Shown here in pieces: positions 18,125 through 27,057 of a DNA stretch of 31,441 bases (positions within the stretch are counted from its first letter, which is position 1; every line of letters starts with the position of its first letter). A program made the translations under genes and the position numbers. The notes below the pieces were generated by a model. That model did no database searches. It was given only the letters and a program-made list of their open reading frames with translations, and was not told the origin of the DNA. The DNA is from a virus. Lineage: Duplodnaviria; Caudoviricetes. The stretch spans positions 1 through 31,441 of IMG/VR virus record IMGVR_UViG_3300032319_000855; one strand, 5' to 3'.

Positions 18125-20872
18125 TTAACCTTCACAACTTACACAATTATTTATATCTCTTGAAAAACTCTGAGCCGAACTTTTAGAAAACTGATAATAT
18201 AATGTTTTAACACCCTCTTTCCAAGCATATATATATAATTGATTAATATCTTTAGCAGATATAGAAGGATGTATTGTTAAATTAAGACTTTGTGATTGGC
18301 AAATGTAAGATTGTCTTTGTGCTGCTTGTAATATAATTTCTTTAGGGGAAATTTCTATAAAACTTTTAAATACATTTTTAGTGAGGAAATTTAAATGCTG
18401 AACTGACCCATCATTTTTAAGAATAGAATTCCATATTTCTTCATTATTTAGATTATACTTTTCTAACTCTTTTTCTAAATAAGGATTTCTATAAACAGTT
18501 TTACTTTTAGCTAAATCTTTAACAAAGTAATTAGATTTAATAGGTTCTATTCCCATAGATACTTGACCTAATATAAAACTACTAGATTTAGTAGGGGCTA
18601 CCGATGTAAAAGTAGTATTAGCATAATTTGGTCTTATTGATTTATAACCTAAATTATCATGTATCCATCTACTAGTTTTATCACATTTATCCTGTATAGT
18701 TTTAAATATTTTGTAATTCCATTGTTTAGCTTCTAAAGATTCAAATTCTATTAATTTAGATTGAAGAAAACTAGCATATCCTAAAACACCTAAACCTATG
18801 GCTCTGTTAGATTTAGCAAAATTGTAAGCCCTTTTCATAGAAGGTAGTTTTTCGGATTTAATAATAAAATCTTCCATTACGGCATTGAGAAACATAAAAT
18901 AAGTTTCTACAGCATCTGTTTCTTGAATTAATTCCCAATGAAGTAAATTAATAGACCCTAAACAACATACAAATGAATTATCTTTATCTTGTGGTAATTG
19001 AATTTCTGAACAATTAAAAGTCTTTAACCCATTTGATACAAAAATATGTTCATCATTATATATTGTTGGGCAATAAACTGGTTCATTATCTACTTGTTCA
19101 ATTGAAACAACTTTTGCTCTTTTCTTACTATTATCCCTGTACTCCCTGTCTTCAATAATGACATTTTTTCTTGTTAAAAACCCAATTTTTTCTTCAATAA
19201 TTAAAGCATCATTTTTACTCCCAAAAATTAATCTCCAACAATCTTTAGATGTATAATATTTATGACCACCTTTACCATCAGGTAATAAAGTTTCACCTTC
19301 TTTTCTTAAAAGATGGATAGAACAACTAACACCTAAATTAGTAAATAAAATTTGTAACTCACTTAAAAATTCTTTATTGATATCAGTATAGGAAATTTGT
19401 ATTGGTTCACCATTGCTATCACTCTTAAATACAGTTCCATCAGCATACAATAAACCTCTTAAATAGGACCAAATAGTATCCTCATTTGATTCCCAAATCC
19501 AAGAAGGAACATAACCCTTTTCAAAATTTAACGCCTTTTTAAGTGTTCTTGATGCTAATCTTTTTTTCTTAACAAGAGATTGATTAACTTTTGAATCAAA
19601 GAAAGTTGCTGGTTTTCTATTTCTTAATCCAACTATATCACCTGTCTTATTTTTAATACCATATGTATCACAACCATACTCATAATGTATTTTATTGAAT
19701 TTTTCTTGAATATCATCAATCAAATCAAAATCGTTCTCCCAAACATCAATCATCAAATTATCCTTATCTTGAGTCCCATCTGATTGATATAACCCCAATA
19801 AATAAGCCTCATCCTGCATATCCAATTCACCAAACAAACCTTTATTTGTTTGCAATGCAACATAATCACCAACTTTTAAATCTTTCGCCTCAACTCTTAC
19901 AATATCTTTTCTTGTATCATTAAAAACTGGTATTCCATGATTAAATGTCACCTTTTGTGTCATTCCATTTGAATATGTTATTTTTAGAATTTCAGCATCT
20001 TCATTCCTTAATAACATAGAAGTCGATTTAACTTCCTCTTCACCATTAAATAATACCAATTCATCACCCATCTCATATAATTCTTTTACGGTTAAGTATC
20101 CTTTTGATGTGACAACTCTTTGGTCTTCTGTTAAACATAAATTTGATGCTACTATATCCATTCCTAATTCTTTATATATACCTACATTAGAATTATCTTT
20201 AAACATAATATAAGGAAATCCAAAATCTTTTCTTCTTTGAATTATTTTAGCCCAAACATCTCTTTTATCAGAATCTCCATCAATCATTTGAATTATCCAA
20301 TCATTAGTTAAAGTAACCCCATATTGTAGATTTTGGATAGGATTACCTTCTATTCCTATATCTAAAAATTCTTTTATATCTGGATGTTCTACAGGTAACC
20401 ATACAGCACAAGAACCCCTCCTACTATCTGCTTGTTTACATTTATCTATAATAGTGTCATAAATTTCAGCATAGTGAATTGGACCATCAGCATGGCCTCC
20501 TGTGGATATTTTAGTTCCTCTTGGTCTAATTTCACCTAAGTAAGCAGAAGTTCCTCCAGCATATTTACTCATCATGCCAAGTTCTTTTGCAGTATCTAAT
20601 ATAGATTCCATATTATCTTCCACATAAGATCCATAACAACTTATAGGTAAACCAAAAGGTTTTCCAAAGTTAACCCAAACTGGGGTAGAGTAAGAATAAA
20701 ATCCTTTTTCAGAATAACTTCTCATTTTATCAGCAAACCCTTCTATTTTTAGAATGTTTTCTGCATGATTAAACATTTCATCTAATCTTTCTTCAGCAGA
20801 AGTATTAATATACCCTCTTGATAAAAATAATCTGCTTTCTTCATTTAACCAATAATTCTTAGAATAAATCAT
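18125..20872 (-). CDS. nrdA: Ribonucleotide reductase class I alpha subunit, intein-containing, without ATP cone
   Basis: STPVWVNFG, PISCY, GGTSAY, RRGSCAVWL, SNL|intein|CSEI, RAIGLGVLG, APTKSSS, SQSLNL, KTLYY and C-terminal CVSCEG. The spliced product is about 540 aa. Confidence 0.95.
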   Translation of the reverse strand: MIYSKNYWLNEESRLFLSRGYINTSAEERLDEMFNHAENILKIEGFADKMRSYSEKGFYSYSTPVWVNFGKPFGLPISCYGSYVEDNMESILDTAKELGMMSKYAGGTSAYLGEIRPRGTKISTGGHADGPIHYAEIYDTIIDKCKQADSRRGSCAVWLPVEHPDIKEFLDIGIEGNPIQNLQYGVTLTNDWIIQMIDGDSDKRDVWAKIIQRRKDFGFPYIMFKDNSNVGIYKELGMDIVASNLCLTEDQRVVTSKGYLTVKELYEMGDELVLFNGEEEVKSTSMLLRNEDAEILKITYSNGMTQKVTFNHGIPVFNDTRKDIVRVEAKDLKVGDYVALQTNKGLFGELDMQDEAYLLGLYQSDGTQDKDNLMIDVWENDFDLIDDIQEKFNKIHYEYGCDTYGIKNKTGDIVGLRNRKPATFFDSKVNQSLVKKKRLASRTLKKALNFEKGYVPSWIWESNEDTIWSYLRGLLYADGTVFKSDSNGEPIQISYTDINKEFLSELQILFTNLGVSCSIHLLRKEGETLLPDGKGGHKYYTSKDCWRLIFGSKNDALIIEEKIGFLTRKNVIIEDREYRDNSKKRAKVVSIEQVDNEPVYCPTIYNDEHIFVSNGLKTFNCSEIQLPQDKDNSFVCCLGSINLLHWELIQETDAVETYFMFLNAVMEDFIIKSEKLPSMKRAYNFAKSNRAIGLGVLGYASFLQSKLIEFESLEAKQWNYKIFKTIQDKCDKTSRWIHDNLGYKSIRPNYANTTFTSVAPTKSSSFILGQVSMGIEPIKSNYFVKDLAKSKTVYRNPYLEKELEKYNLNNEEIWNSILKNDGSVQHLNFLTKNVFKSFIEISPKEIILQAAQRQSYICQSQSLNLTIHPSISAKDINQLYIYAWKEGVKTLYYQFSKSSAQSFSRDINNCVSCEG
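19013..20137 (-). mobile_element. Intein (375 aa) with LAGLIDADG homing endonuclease in nrdA
   Basis: Starts CLTEDQRVVT after SNL; block B VTFNH; LAGLIDADG motifs AYLLGLYQSDG and YLRGLLYADG; block F EPVYC; ends GLKTFN before CSE. Confidence 0.92.
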
Positions 20873-21833
20873 CTGCTGTTATACTTTGTTGTTTTTTTGA
20901 ATAATCAATTTGTTTTTTATAAAAGAAATCTCCTTCTTTAGTAGTTGTTAATTCTACATCAAACCAATGAGTTTTATTTAACTCATCTAAATCAACTGTA
21001 AAATATGGAGTCATATTAATTTTAGTTAAAGAACAGTTAAATCTATTTTTAATAAATTCTTTAATAGTATTTTTAGAAAGAAATTCTAATTCACCTTTAT
21101 CAAATATCCAATCTAAAACTTTACATTCTGCTTTATAGGCTTTCTCACAAGCAGAATATATCATTTCATCAAACTCATCATCAAACCATTCACTATATTC
21201 TTTCTTAATTATATTAATAATTTCCACTCCAAAATTACCATGAACATCTTCTTCTTTACTAGTGGCTTCCACGACATTAGATATACCTTTAAATAAGTTT
21301 TTTTCTTTATTAAAAGACATCATAATTAAAAACTGACTAAATAAACTAACATGTTCTATAAATAAAGAAAATAATAATACTGATTTAGTGTACATTTTAT
21401 CATCTTTACTTCTAGTTCCATCCAAATATTTAGTCAGATAATTAATTCTATCTTTAATAGCAGGTACTTCTATAACATGCTCAAATTCTTCCTGTAATCC
21501 TAAAATGGTTAATAGTTTAGCATATGCATCTTTATGTCTAATTTCTGACTCTGCAAATGTCATACCTACATCACCTATTTCACAAATAGGCATTCTTTTA
21601 TACATGTCTGCCCAAAATGTTTTTACATTTACTTCTATTTGGGCAATAGCAAGCATTGTTTTTTTTATTACCTCTCTTTCTACATCAGATATTTTAATTC
21701 TATAATCATTTATATCTGTAGTAAAGTTATATTCACTTTCTAACCAATAGGAATGTCTTATAGCATCTTTATAAGCCAAAAGTTCAGGATATTGGTAAGG
21801 TAAAATATTTATTCTTTTGTCAAATATTCCCAT
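20859..21833 (-). CDS. nrdB: Ribonucleotide reductase beta subunit, class Id-like (NrdBi)
   Basis: Ferritin-like ligands AIAQIEVNVKTFW, AESEIRHKDAY, IEHVSLFSQF and EEDVH; the C-terminus SITADDLF resembles flavobacterial NrdB. Confidence 0.95.
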   Translation of the reverse strand: MGIFDKRINILPYQYPELLAYKDAIRHSYWLESEYNFTTDINDYRIKISDVEREVIKKTMLAIAQIEVNVKTFWADMYKRMPICEIGDVGMTFAESEIRHKDAYAKLLTILGLQEEFEHVIEVPAIKDRINYLTKYLDGTRSKDDKMYTKSVLLFSLFIEHVSLFSQFLIMMSFNKEKNLFKGISNVVEATSKEEDVHGNFGVEIINIIKKEYSEWFDDEFDEMIYSACEKAYKAECKVLDWIFDKGELEFLSKNTIKEFIKNRFNCSLTKINMTPYFTVDLDELNKTHWFDVELTTTKEGDFFYKKQIDYSKKQQSITADDLF

Positions 21834-21859
21834 ATCTTAATATTTATTATTTTAATTGT

Positions 21860-22111
21860 TTATTTTTTTGTTGTTCTATAGATGAACCAAAATGCACCTA
21901 AAAGAAAAATTGGTAAGACTCCTAGTGTTAGGTTTAGCATTAACACATCTGTTACCCATTCAACCTTAAAGTATTTCATAAATGAGAGTATAAATGTTGG
22001 TACAATCAAATATACGGCAAAATTTGGTAAAAAGAATTGAAAACCAACAAAAAGATGGTCTAAAATTTTGCCAAATTTGCTATTTGCTATATTATTTAAA
22101 AATTTTTTCAT
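21860..22111 (-). CDS. Small membrane protein
   Basis: 83 aa with two hydrophobic segments and basic termini; ATGA overlap with phoH. Confidence 0.65.
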   Translation of the reverse strand: MKKFLNNIANSKFGKILDHLFVGFQFFLPNFAVYLIVPTFILSFMKYFKVEWVTDVLMLNLTLGVLPIFLLGAFWFIYRTTKK

Positions 22112-23931
22112 ATTGGTTTTTTTTCATCAAATAATTTGGTTATTTTTTGGATTAAAGGGCTTCTTACGCAATCAGAATCAACGAATTCAATAATCTTAAC
22201 ATGGTCATCAAAATCTTTAAAATGTTCACTTAAAAACATTAATCCATTATCTTTTTTATCTTTAAAATCTCTTTGGCGAATATCACCAATGATAATCATT
22301 TTAGCATCTTCTTCAAGACGAGTTAATACTGTTTCAGCATTATCAACTGATACGTTTTGGAATTCATCAAAGATATTAATATTATCAAGGGATAAACCTC
22401 TTAGATTACCCATTGGAATTATTTCAATGATTTTTTCTTTGAATAGTATCTCTAATGCAATTGGTGATAATAGTTTATTTAATTGCATTGAATATGACAT
22501 TAATACATATTCAAGTTTTTCTTCAACACCACCTGGTAGTATACCAATATCTTCATTTTGTAATTGTTTTAAAGGTTTGAATATTCTAATTTTAGTATAT
22601 TCATTATCATGAGATAATAATAGATTTATTGCTTGAACTAAGGCAATAAAAGTATTATGTGTTACAATATAATTGTCTGTTATATATAATTTATTTTCAT
22701 CTTTTATTGAAATACAAACTGCTTCTTCAGAAGATTTTAAATTAATTTCTTTTATTCTTAATTTTAAATTATTGTATTGATAATTTAATGGTATTCTTTC
22801 TAATTTTCTTGGTGAATGAAATAAATCACTATGTTTATCTGTTCTAACATTAAGCCTATAACATAACTTACCTGCTTTTTTATCACCATTTTTATCTTTA
22901 TAAAATTTTTGAGTTTCTACTATTTTACAAATACAACCCATTGACCATAAAATATCTTGTATATCAATTGCTAATTGTTTTGATACTGTTGAGTAACTAA
23001 TATTACCATTTTTACCAATTGTTCCATCACTATCAAATAAACCTTTTAACAATTCTTTTTTATTATTTAATGATAAATTTTTATAGATTTCAGGTATAAA
23101 TTTTTTGTCAGAATTAACATCTAATTTTAATTCTCTTATTTTATCCATAAAATAATTAGAATCATTATGTTTTAATAATTCTTTATTTTTAATAATTGTA
23201 TAATCATACTTATTTCTTTTTGTGATTATATGTAATTTATCATTAACAATATTTTTTATTTTTTCAATAATAAAATCATCAGCACTACTAAAAGATACAC
23301 GATTATGACCTAAACAGCCATCACCAATTAATATACCAAATAAATAGGGGTCTATTGGTAATTCTATTTCATTAGTTAATAAACTAATTGGTTCAACTAA
23401 TGATATATATAATCTACCTGCTTTAAGTCTATTTTCTTTTTTAATAATTTCTTCTAAAGAAAGAATTTTATAACCATCATAATTTTCTTTATGTTTTACA
23501 TTTTTATTATATTCAAAAACTTTCCAAAGATGTTCTTTACAACATTCAACTTTTCTACCATCCTCAAATGTTATTTCATAAATATCTTTAATACCTTGTG
23601 GATATATACCAATAATTTCAGAAGTTTTATTATCAGGTGTAATAACAATATCAGATAATGTTATATCCTTAAATAATTTCCATCCATTAATTGTTAAGAC
23701 TTTAGATGTTAGAGGTTGGGCTTTTCCACATCCTGCTATACCTGTTGCAATAACATACATTGAATCTTTATCCAATATATCTTTAATAAATTTATCTTGA
23801 TTTTCAGTTTTAGGGACTATCTTTAGATATGGTTTTCCAACTTTTTTTCTAATCTCTTCTTTTTTTGCTCTTAGCCTATCGGCATCAGTTTCTTCGCCAC
23901 CGTATTTTTTTACCTTTCTATTCACACTCAT
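22108..23931 (-). CDS. phoH: PhoH-family P-loop ATPase, intein-containing
   Basis: PKTENQ, GIAGCGK|intein|T, IGILPGGVEEK, LRG, DEFQN, LTRL, GDIRQRD and DCVRSPL. The spliced product is about 251 aa. Confidence 0.92.
   Translation of the reverse strand: MSVNRKVKKYGGEETDADRLRAKKEEIRKKVGKPYLKIVPKTENQDKFIKDILDKDSMYVIATGIAGCGKAQPLTSKVLTINGWKLFKDITLSDIVITPDNKTSEIIGIYPQGIKDIYEITFEDGRKVECCKEHLWKVFEYNKNVKHKENYDGYKILSLEEIIKKENRLKAGRLYISLVEPISLLTNEIELPIDPYLFGILIGDGCLGHNRVSFSSADDFIIEKIKNIVNDKLHIITKRNKYDYTIIKNKELLKHNDSNYFMDKIRELKLDVNSDKKFIPEIYKNLSLNNKKELLKGLFDSDGTIGKNGNISYSTVSKQLAIDIQDILWSMGCICKIVETQKFYKDKNGDKKAGKLCYRLNVRTDKHSDLFHSPRKLERIPLNYQYNNLKLRIKEINLKSSEEAVCISIKDENKLYITDNYIVTHNTFIALVQAINLLLSHDNEYTKIRIFKPLKQLQNEDIGILPGGVEEKLEYVLMSYSMQLNKLLSPIALEILFKEKIIEIIPMGNLRGLSLDNINIFDEFQNVSVDNAETVLTRLEEDAKMIIIGDIRQRDFKDKKDNGLMFLSEHFKDFDDHVKIIEFVDSDCVRSPLIQKITKLFDEKKPI
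22654..23721 (-). mobile_element. Class 3 intein (356 aa) with LAGLIDADG homing endonuclease in phoH
   Basis: Starts AQPLTSKVLT right after the P-loop GK; block B CCKEHLW; motifs PYLFGILIGDG and LLKGLFDSDG; block F EEAVCISI; ends IVTHN before T. Confidence 0.92.
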
Positions 23932-23937
23932 TTATTT

Positions 23938-24459
23938 TCATGTAAATAGGTTATCTGAAAGATTTTTCTTTAAAAAAGTTACTAATTTTTGGTCAAAAAC
24001 TTTGATTTTTTGATATGAAAGATTCATTTGTTTTATAATGGTCTTATTGTCATAGTGTTTTAAATATTTATATTCATAAAAATTTTTCAATGTTTCATCT
24101 TGACAAATTTTCATAATTTCACTAACAGAATTGAATTGTTTTTCATAGTCAGAAGTAATGTAAACAGGTTCAACCCTTTCTATATTATTTTCTAATGAGG
24201 TATACTTTTTGTATTTTTTTCTATTAATTTTTCTAACATAATCATAAAAGTGATTTTGTGTAACAGTATATACCCAATTATCTAAAGTTTTTTTATTAAG
24301 TTTTTTGTGATAATTGATAATAATTTTACTCATTGTTTCTGCACTTAAATCTTTTGATAATTGTGCATCGGATGTTTTTGAATAAAAATAATTAAGTACT
24401 AATCTTTCATATTTTTTAAAAATTTCTTTGTCTAATTTTTCTTTTTCTATATCTAACAT
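23938..24459 (-). CDS. ECF-type RNA polymerase sigma factor
   Basis: 173 aa. Region-2-like KYERLVLNYF...SKDLSAETMSKI...NWVYTVTQNHFYDYVRK and a C-terminal helix-turn-helix-like segment. Confidence 0.7.
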   Translation of the reverse strand: MLDIEKEKLDKEIFKKYERLVLNYFYSKTSDAQLSKDLSAETMSKIIINYHKKLNKKTLDNWVYTVTQNHFYDYVRKINRKKYKKYTSLENNIERVEPVYITSDYEKQFNSVSEIMKICQDETLKNFYEYKYLKHYDNKTIIKQMNLSYQKIKVFDQKLVTFLKKNLSDNLFT

Positions 24460-24485
24460 TTATTTCCATATAATAAAACATTTAA

Positions 24486-25457
24486 TTATTGTTTTAAATT
24501 TGTTTTCATTAAGTCAAATATATAATTTTTTCCGTATTTTTGAATATTTTTATTTAAATCATTATCGTCATTATAGGTTTGAACTTTAACATTAGTTAAA
24601 CCTAAACTCAATAATCGTTCCTGAATTTCTAAAGATGAATTTGGTGTCATGTTATAATTAAAATTTTGTCTTTTTTCTATTGCATCAGGGTTTAATAGAA
24701 TAACCACATTAGGTTTATATTTTATTAATTTTGATAAAATATTATCATAAAGGGATTTACCCAATAAAATGATTGTATTTACGGGTATAGTAGTATATTC
24801 AAAGTATGCTTCTACAATATAAACAGTAGCATTCCAATTAATATTTTTTTCATTAAAAATTATTTCTTTTTTATCAGCTTTAGGTAATTTATATGCTTGA
24901 TACTTTTCAACATCATTTTTAAATGTTCTAGTGACATAATAGTTGAGTTTATTTTGTGAATCATATGATGGGATTACGATTCTATCTTTATAAAATCCTT
25001 CAAGACAAAAACCTATTTTATCTTTTTTAATAATAGAATTAGTAACCTTTCTTTTATTTTTAATATAATCATATGCTTCCATATGTAATGGATTATTCTT
25101 ATCCATATTTTGAAAACTAATGAATTCTTTTGGTAATTTAAATACTTTAAATTTTTTTATTTGAGAAAGAATCATAGGCTCATTCTCATATTTTAGAAAT
25201 TCTGCTATTTGTTGTTTATTTGCATATCTTTTAAATACAAAAAAAAGTGGACCTGATAGACCGCACTTCCAACATTTGCAAACTTTATTATATTTCCCTT
25301 TATTATTTAATGCAATATTAACTTCAAGATTATATTTGTTATCACAAACACCATAATTTAATTTGGTACATTCGGGACAATTAAATTGTAATTGAATTGA
25401 TGAGTTATCTTTAGGATATCCAAAGACAGATTCAAGCAAATTATAAATCATTGCCAA
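24486..25457 (-). CDS. DnaG-like primase homolog (zinc finger + TOPRIM) with non-canonical acidic motifs
   Basis: CPEC...CWKC zinc finger, IGFC..G.YKDRIVIPSYD, YYVTR, IIFNE..INW, VYIVEAYFE, ILLGK and LLNPDA. Confidence 0.75.
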   Translation of the reverse strand: MAMIYNLLESVFGYPKDNSSIQLQFNCPECTKLNYGVCDNKYNLEVNIALNNKGKYNKVCKCWKCGLSGPLFFVFKRYANKQQIAEFLKYENEPMILSQIKKFKVFKLPKEFISFQNMDKNNPLHMEAYDYIKNKRKVTNSIIKKDKIGFCLEGFYKDRIVIPSYDSQNKLNYYVTRTFKNDVEKYQAYKLPKADKKEIIFNEKNINWNATVYIVEAYFEYTTIPVNTIILLGKSLYDNILSKLIKYKPNVVILLNPDAIEKRQNFNYNMTPNSSLEIQERLLSLGLTNVKVQTYNDDNDLNKNIQKYGKNYIFDLMKTNLKQ

Positions 25458-26283
25458 TAATTTTTAAAGCCCTATCATGAATTTTTTTAATTTCCTTTTC
25501 TTTTATATTGATTAAATTTGCAATCTGTTTGAAATTTAATTCAGGCTTTTCATCAAATCCATAAGTGTAATAGATAACCAATTTTTCAATTTTATTTAAT
25601 TTCATCAAATTGATTTTATTTAAATCGGATAAAGAATATATGAAATTTTCATTCATGATTGTTGTTAATAATAAATCTTCATAATTTAAACCTTCGTCTG
25701 AATTTAAAGAAGTATTAATTGAAACAATATTATTATCATCAATAGCATTGATTGATTTTGCCAATATTTCACTTGCAGTATTTTCTCCAATATCTTCTCT
25801 TATATCATCAATAGTTGGTTCAAAACCATATTCATTATAAAATTTATTTCTTGCTTTGATAAATTTCTGATTTACACTATGCGCTTTGATTGGTTGTTTA
25901 ATCATTTTAGACTCTTTTGCAATACCATCTAAAATAGACTGTCTAATCCACCATACAGCGTATGTACTAAATTGAAATCCTTTGTGTGGGTCAAAGTCTT
26001 CAACCGCCCTTATTAGTCCAATAGTGCCTGTATTAATTATATCATTAAGTTCATAAAAATAACCATTATGATAGTATTTGGATACATTAAGAACAAATCT
26101 TAAATTATTGTTTATTAACAATTTTTTTATTTCTGCACACTTTGTTTTTTGATATTCAAAAAATAAATCCATTTCATCTTTTTTAGAAATTAGTTTTATA
26201 TTCCTGATTTCTTGATAATAAATTTTTAATGATTCTGATGTATCTTTTGTTATTTTGACCGATTTTGAATTGATGCTTTTCAT
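25441..26283 (-). CDS. RNA polymerase sigma-70 factor, RpoD/SigA-like, lacking region 1.1
   Basis: SLKIYYQEI, NNLRFVLNVSK, GLIRAVEDFDPHKGFQFSTYAVWWIRQSI, EPT and a region-4 HTH. At 280 aa it matches the Bacteroidota primary sigma. Confidence 0.9.
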   Translation of the reverse strand: MKSINSKSVKITKDTSESLKIYYQEIRNIKLISKKDEMDLFFEYQKTKCAEIKKLLINNNLRFVLNVSKYYHNGYFYELNDIINTGTIGLIRAVEDFDPHKGFQFSTYAVWWIRQSILDGIAKESKMIKQPIKAHSVNQKFIKARNKFYNEYGFEPTIDDIREDIGENTASEILAKSINAIDDNNIVSINTSLNSDEGLNYEDLLLTTIMNENFIYSLSDLNKINLMKLNKIEKLVIYYTYGFDEKPELNFKQIANLINIKEKEIKKIHDRALKIIGNDL

Positions 26284-26299
26284 GAAAAGGGGATAATAG

Positions 26300-26330
26300 C
26301 AAATCTAAGAAAAAAATAAATAAAAGCAAA
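26300..26330 (-). promoter_or_regulatory. Bacteroidota housekeeping (-33/-7) promoter for the sigma operon
   Basis: Minus strand reads TTTG (26330-26327), a 19-nt spacer, then TAGATTTG (26307-26300), 16 nt before ATG 26283. This is an exact match to TTTG-N19-21-TAnnTTTG. Confidence 0.75.
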
Positions 26331-26337
26331 TAAAATT

Positions 26338-26637
26338 TTAGCTTTTTTTATTATATCTTTCATTTAAAATGATAATCAATTCTGACCATCGTTTTTCTAT
26401 TGACATAATATTTTTTTCAAGATGCTCACCTCTTTTCTTGTAATCTTCTTTTTTAACATTTTTGAAAAAGAAGTCATCCTCAATTGGTTGATTTTCAATT
26501 TCTTCCAATAAAGAATTCAATTCATTTTGGTTTTTATCAAACTCATCAACTAGGTAGTTAATTGTTTGAGTTATATTTTCGTTTTTCTCTTTTAAAAAGG
26601 AAGAGATAGACCTTTCTAATATTTCATTTAATATCAT
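26338..26637 (-). CDS. Hypothetical coiled-coil protein
   Basis: 99-aa E/K/N-rich helical ORF. Confidence 0.6.
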   Translation of the reverse strand: MILNEILERSISSFLKEKNENITQTINYLVDEFDKNQNELNSLLEEIENQPIEDDFFFKNVKKEDYKKRGEHLEKNIMSIEKRWSELIIILNERYNKKS

Positions 26638-26657
26638 AATACATAAATATAAGATTA

Positions 26658-27056
26658 TTATTCAATAATTGAAGCACCATCTGCAAAAGTTATGGTAGAA
26701 CCATAAACAGTTATAGGGCCACCTGCATTTCCACCTGCTGCAACAATTTGAGTTCCTGGAGTTGCTACTGATGAAATCTTAGATTCGTTAGTAATTTCAT
26801 CTAATATGGCTTTAATAGCGGTATACCAAAGAATATCATCAAAATTAGCACTACCATCTGATAAATTTCCTGTAGGTAATCCTAATTCTTTTTTCTTTTC
26901 TAAAACTTTGTTAGTTGCTCTTAATGCTGACATTCCACCTCTTGTTTTTGCTAGTGCAACCAATGGTTGTGGTACAATACCAATATTTGGTAATTCTTTT
27001 ATGGAAAGAATATTTAGAATTGATTTAATTGCTATTTCTAAAATAGTATTTGTCAT
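26658..27056 (-). CDS. Hypothetical protein, probably virion structural
   Basis: ATG 27056 lies 1 nt after the upstream stop and is preferred over 27098. Gly-rich GLPTGNLSDGSAN and AAGGNAGGPITVYG; in an operon with the baseplate wedge gene. Confidence 0.65.
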   Translation of the reverse strand: MTNTILEIAIKSILNILSIKELPNIGIVPQPLVALAKTRGGMSALRATNKVLEKKKELGLPTGNLSDGSANFDDILWYTAIKAILDEITNESKISSVATPGTQIVAAGGNAGGPITVYGSTITFADGASIIE

Positions 27057-27057
27057 A

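Noticed and set aside
21860-22111. Holin call for this or the 67-aa membrane protein
   Set aside because: Only hydrophobicity supports it; there is no adjacent active endolysin or spanin.
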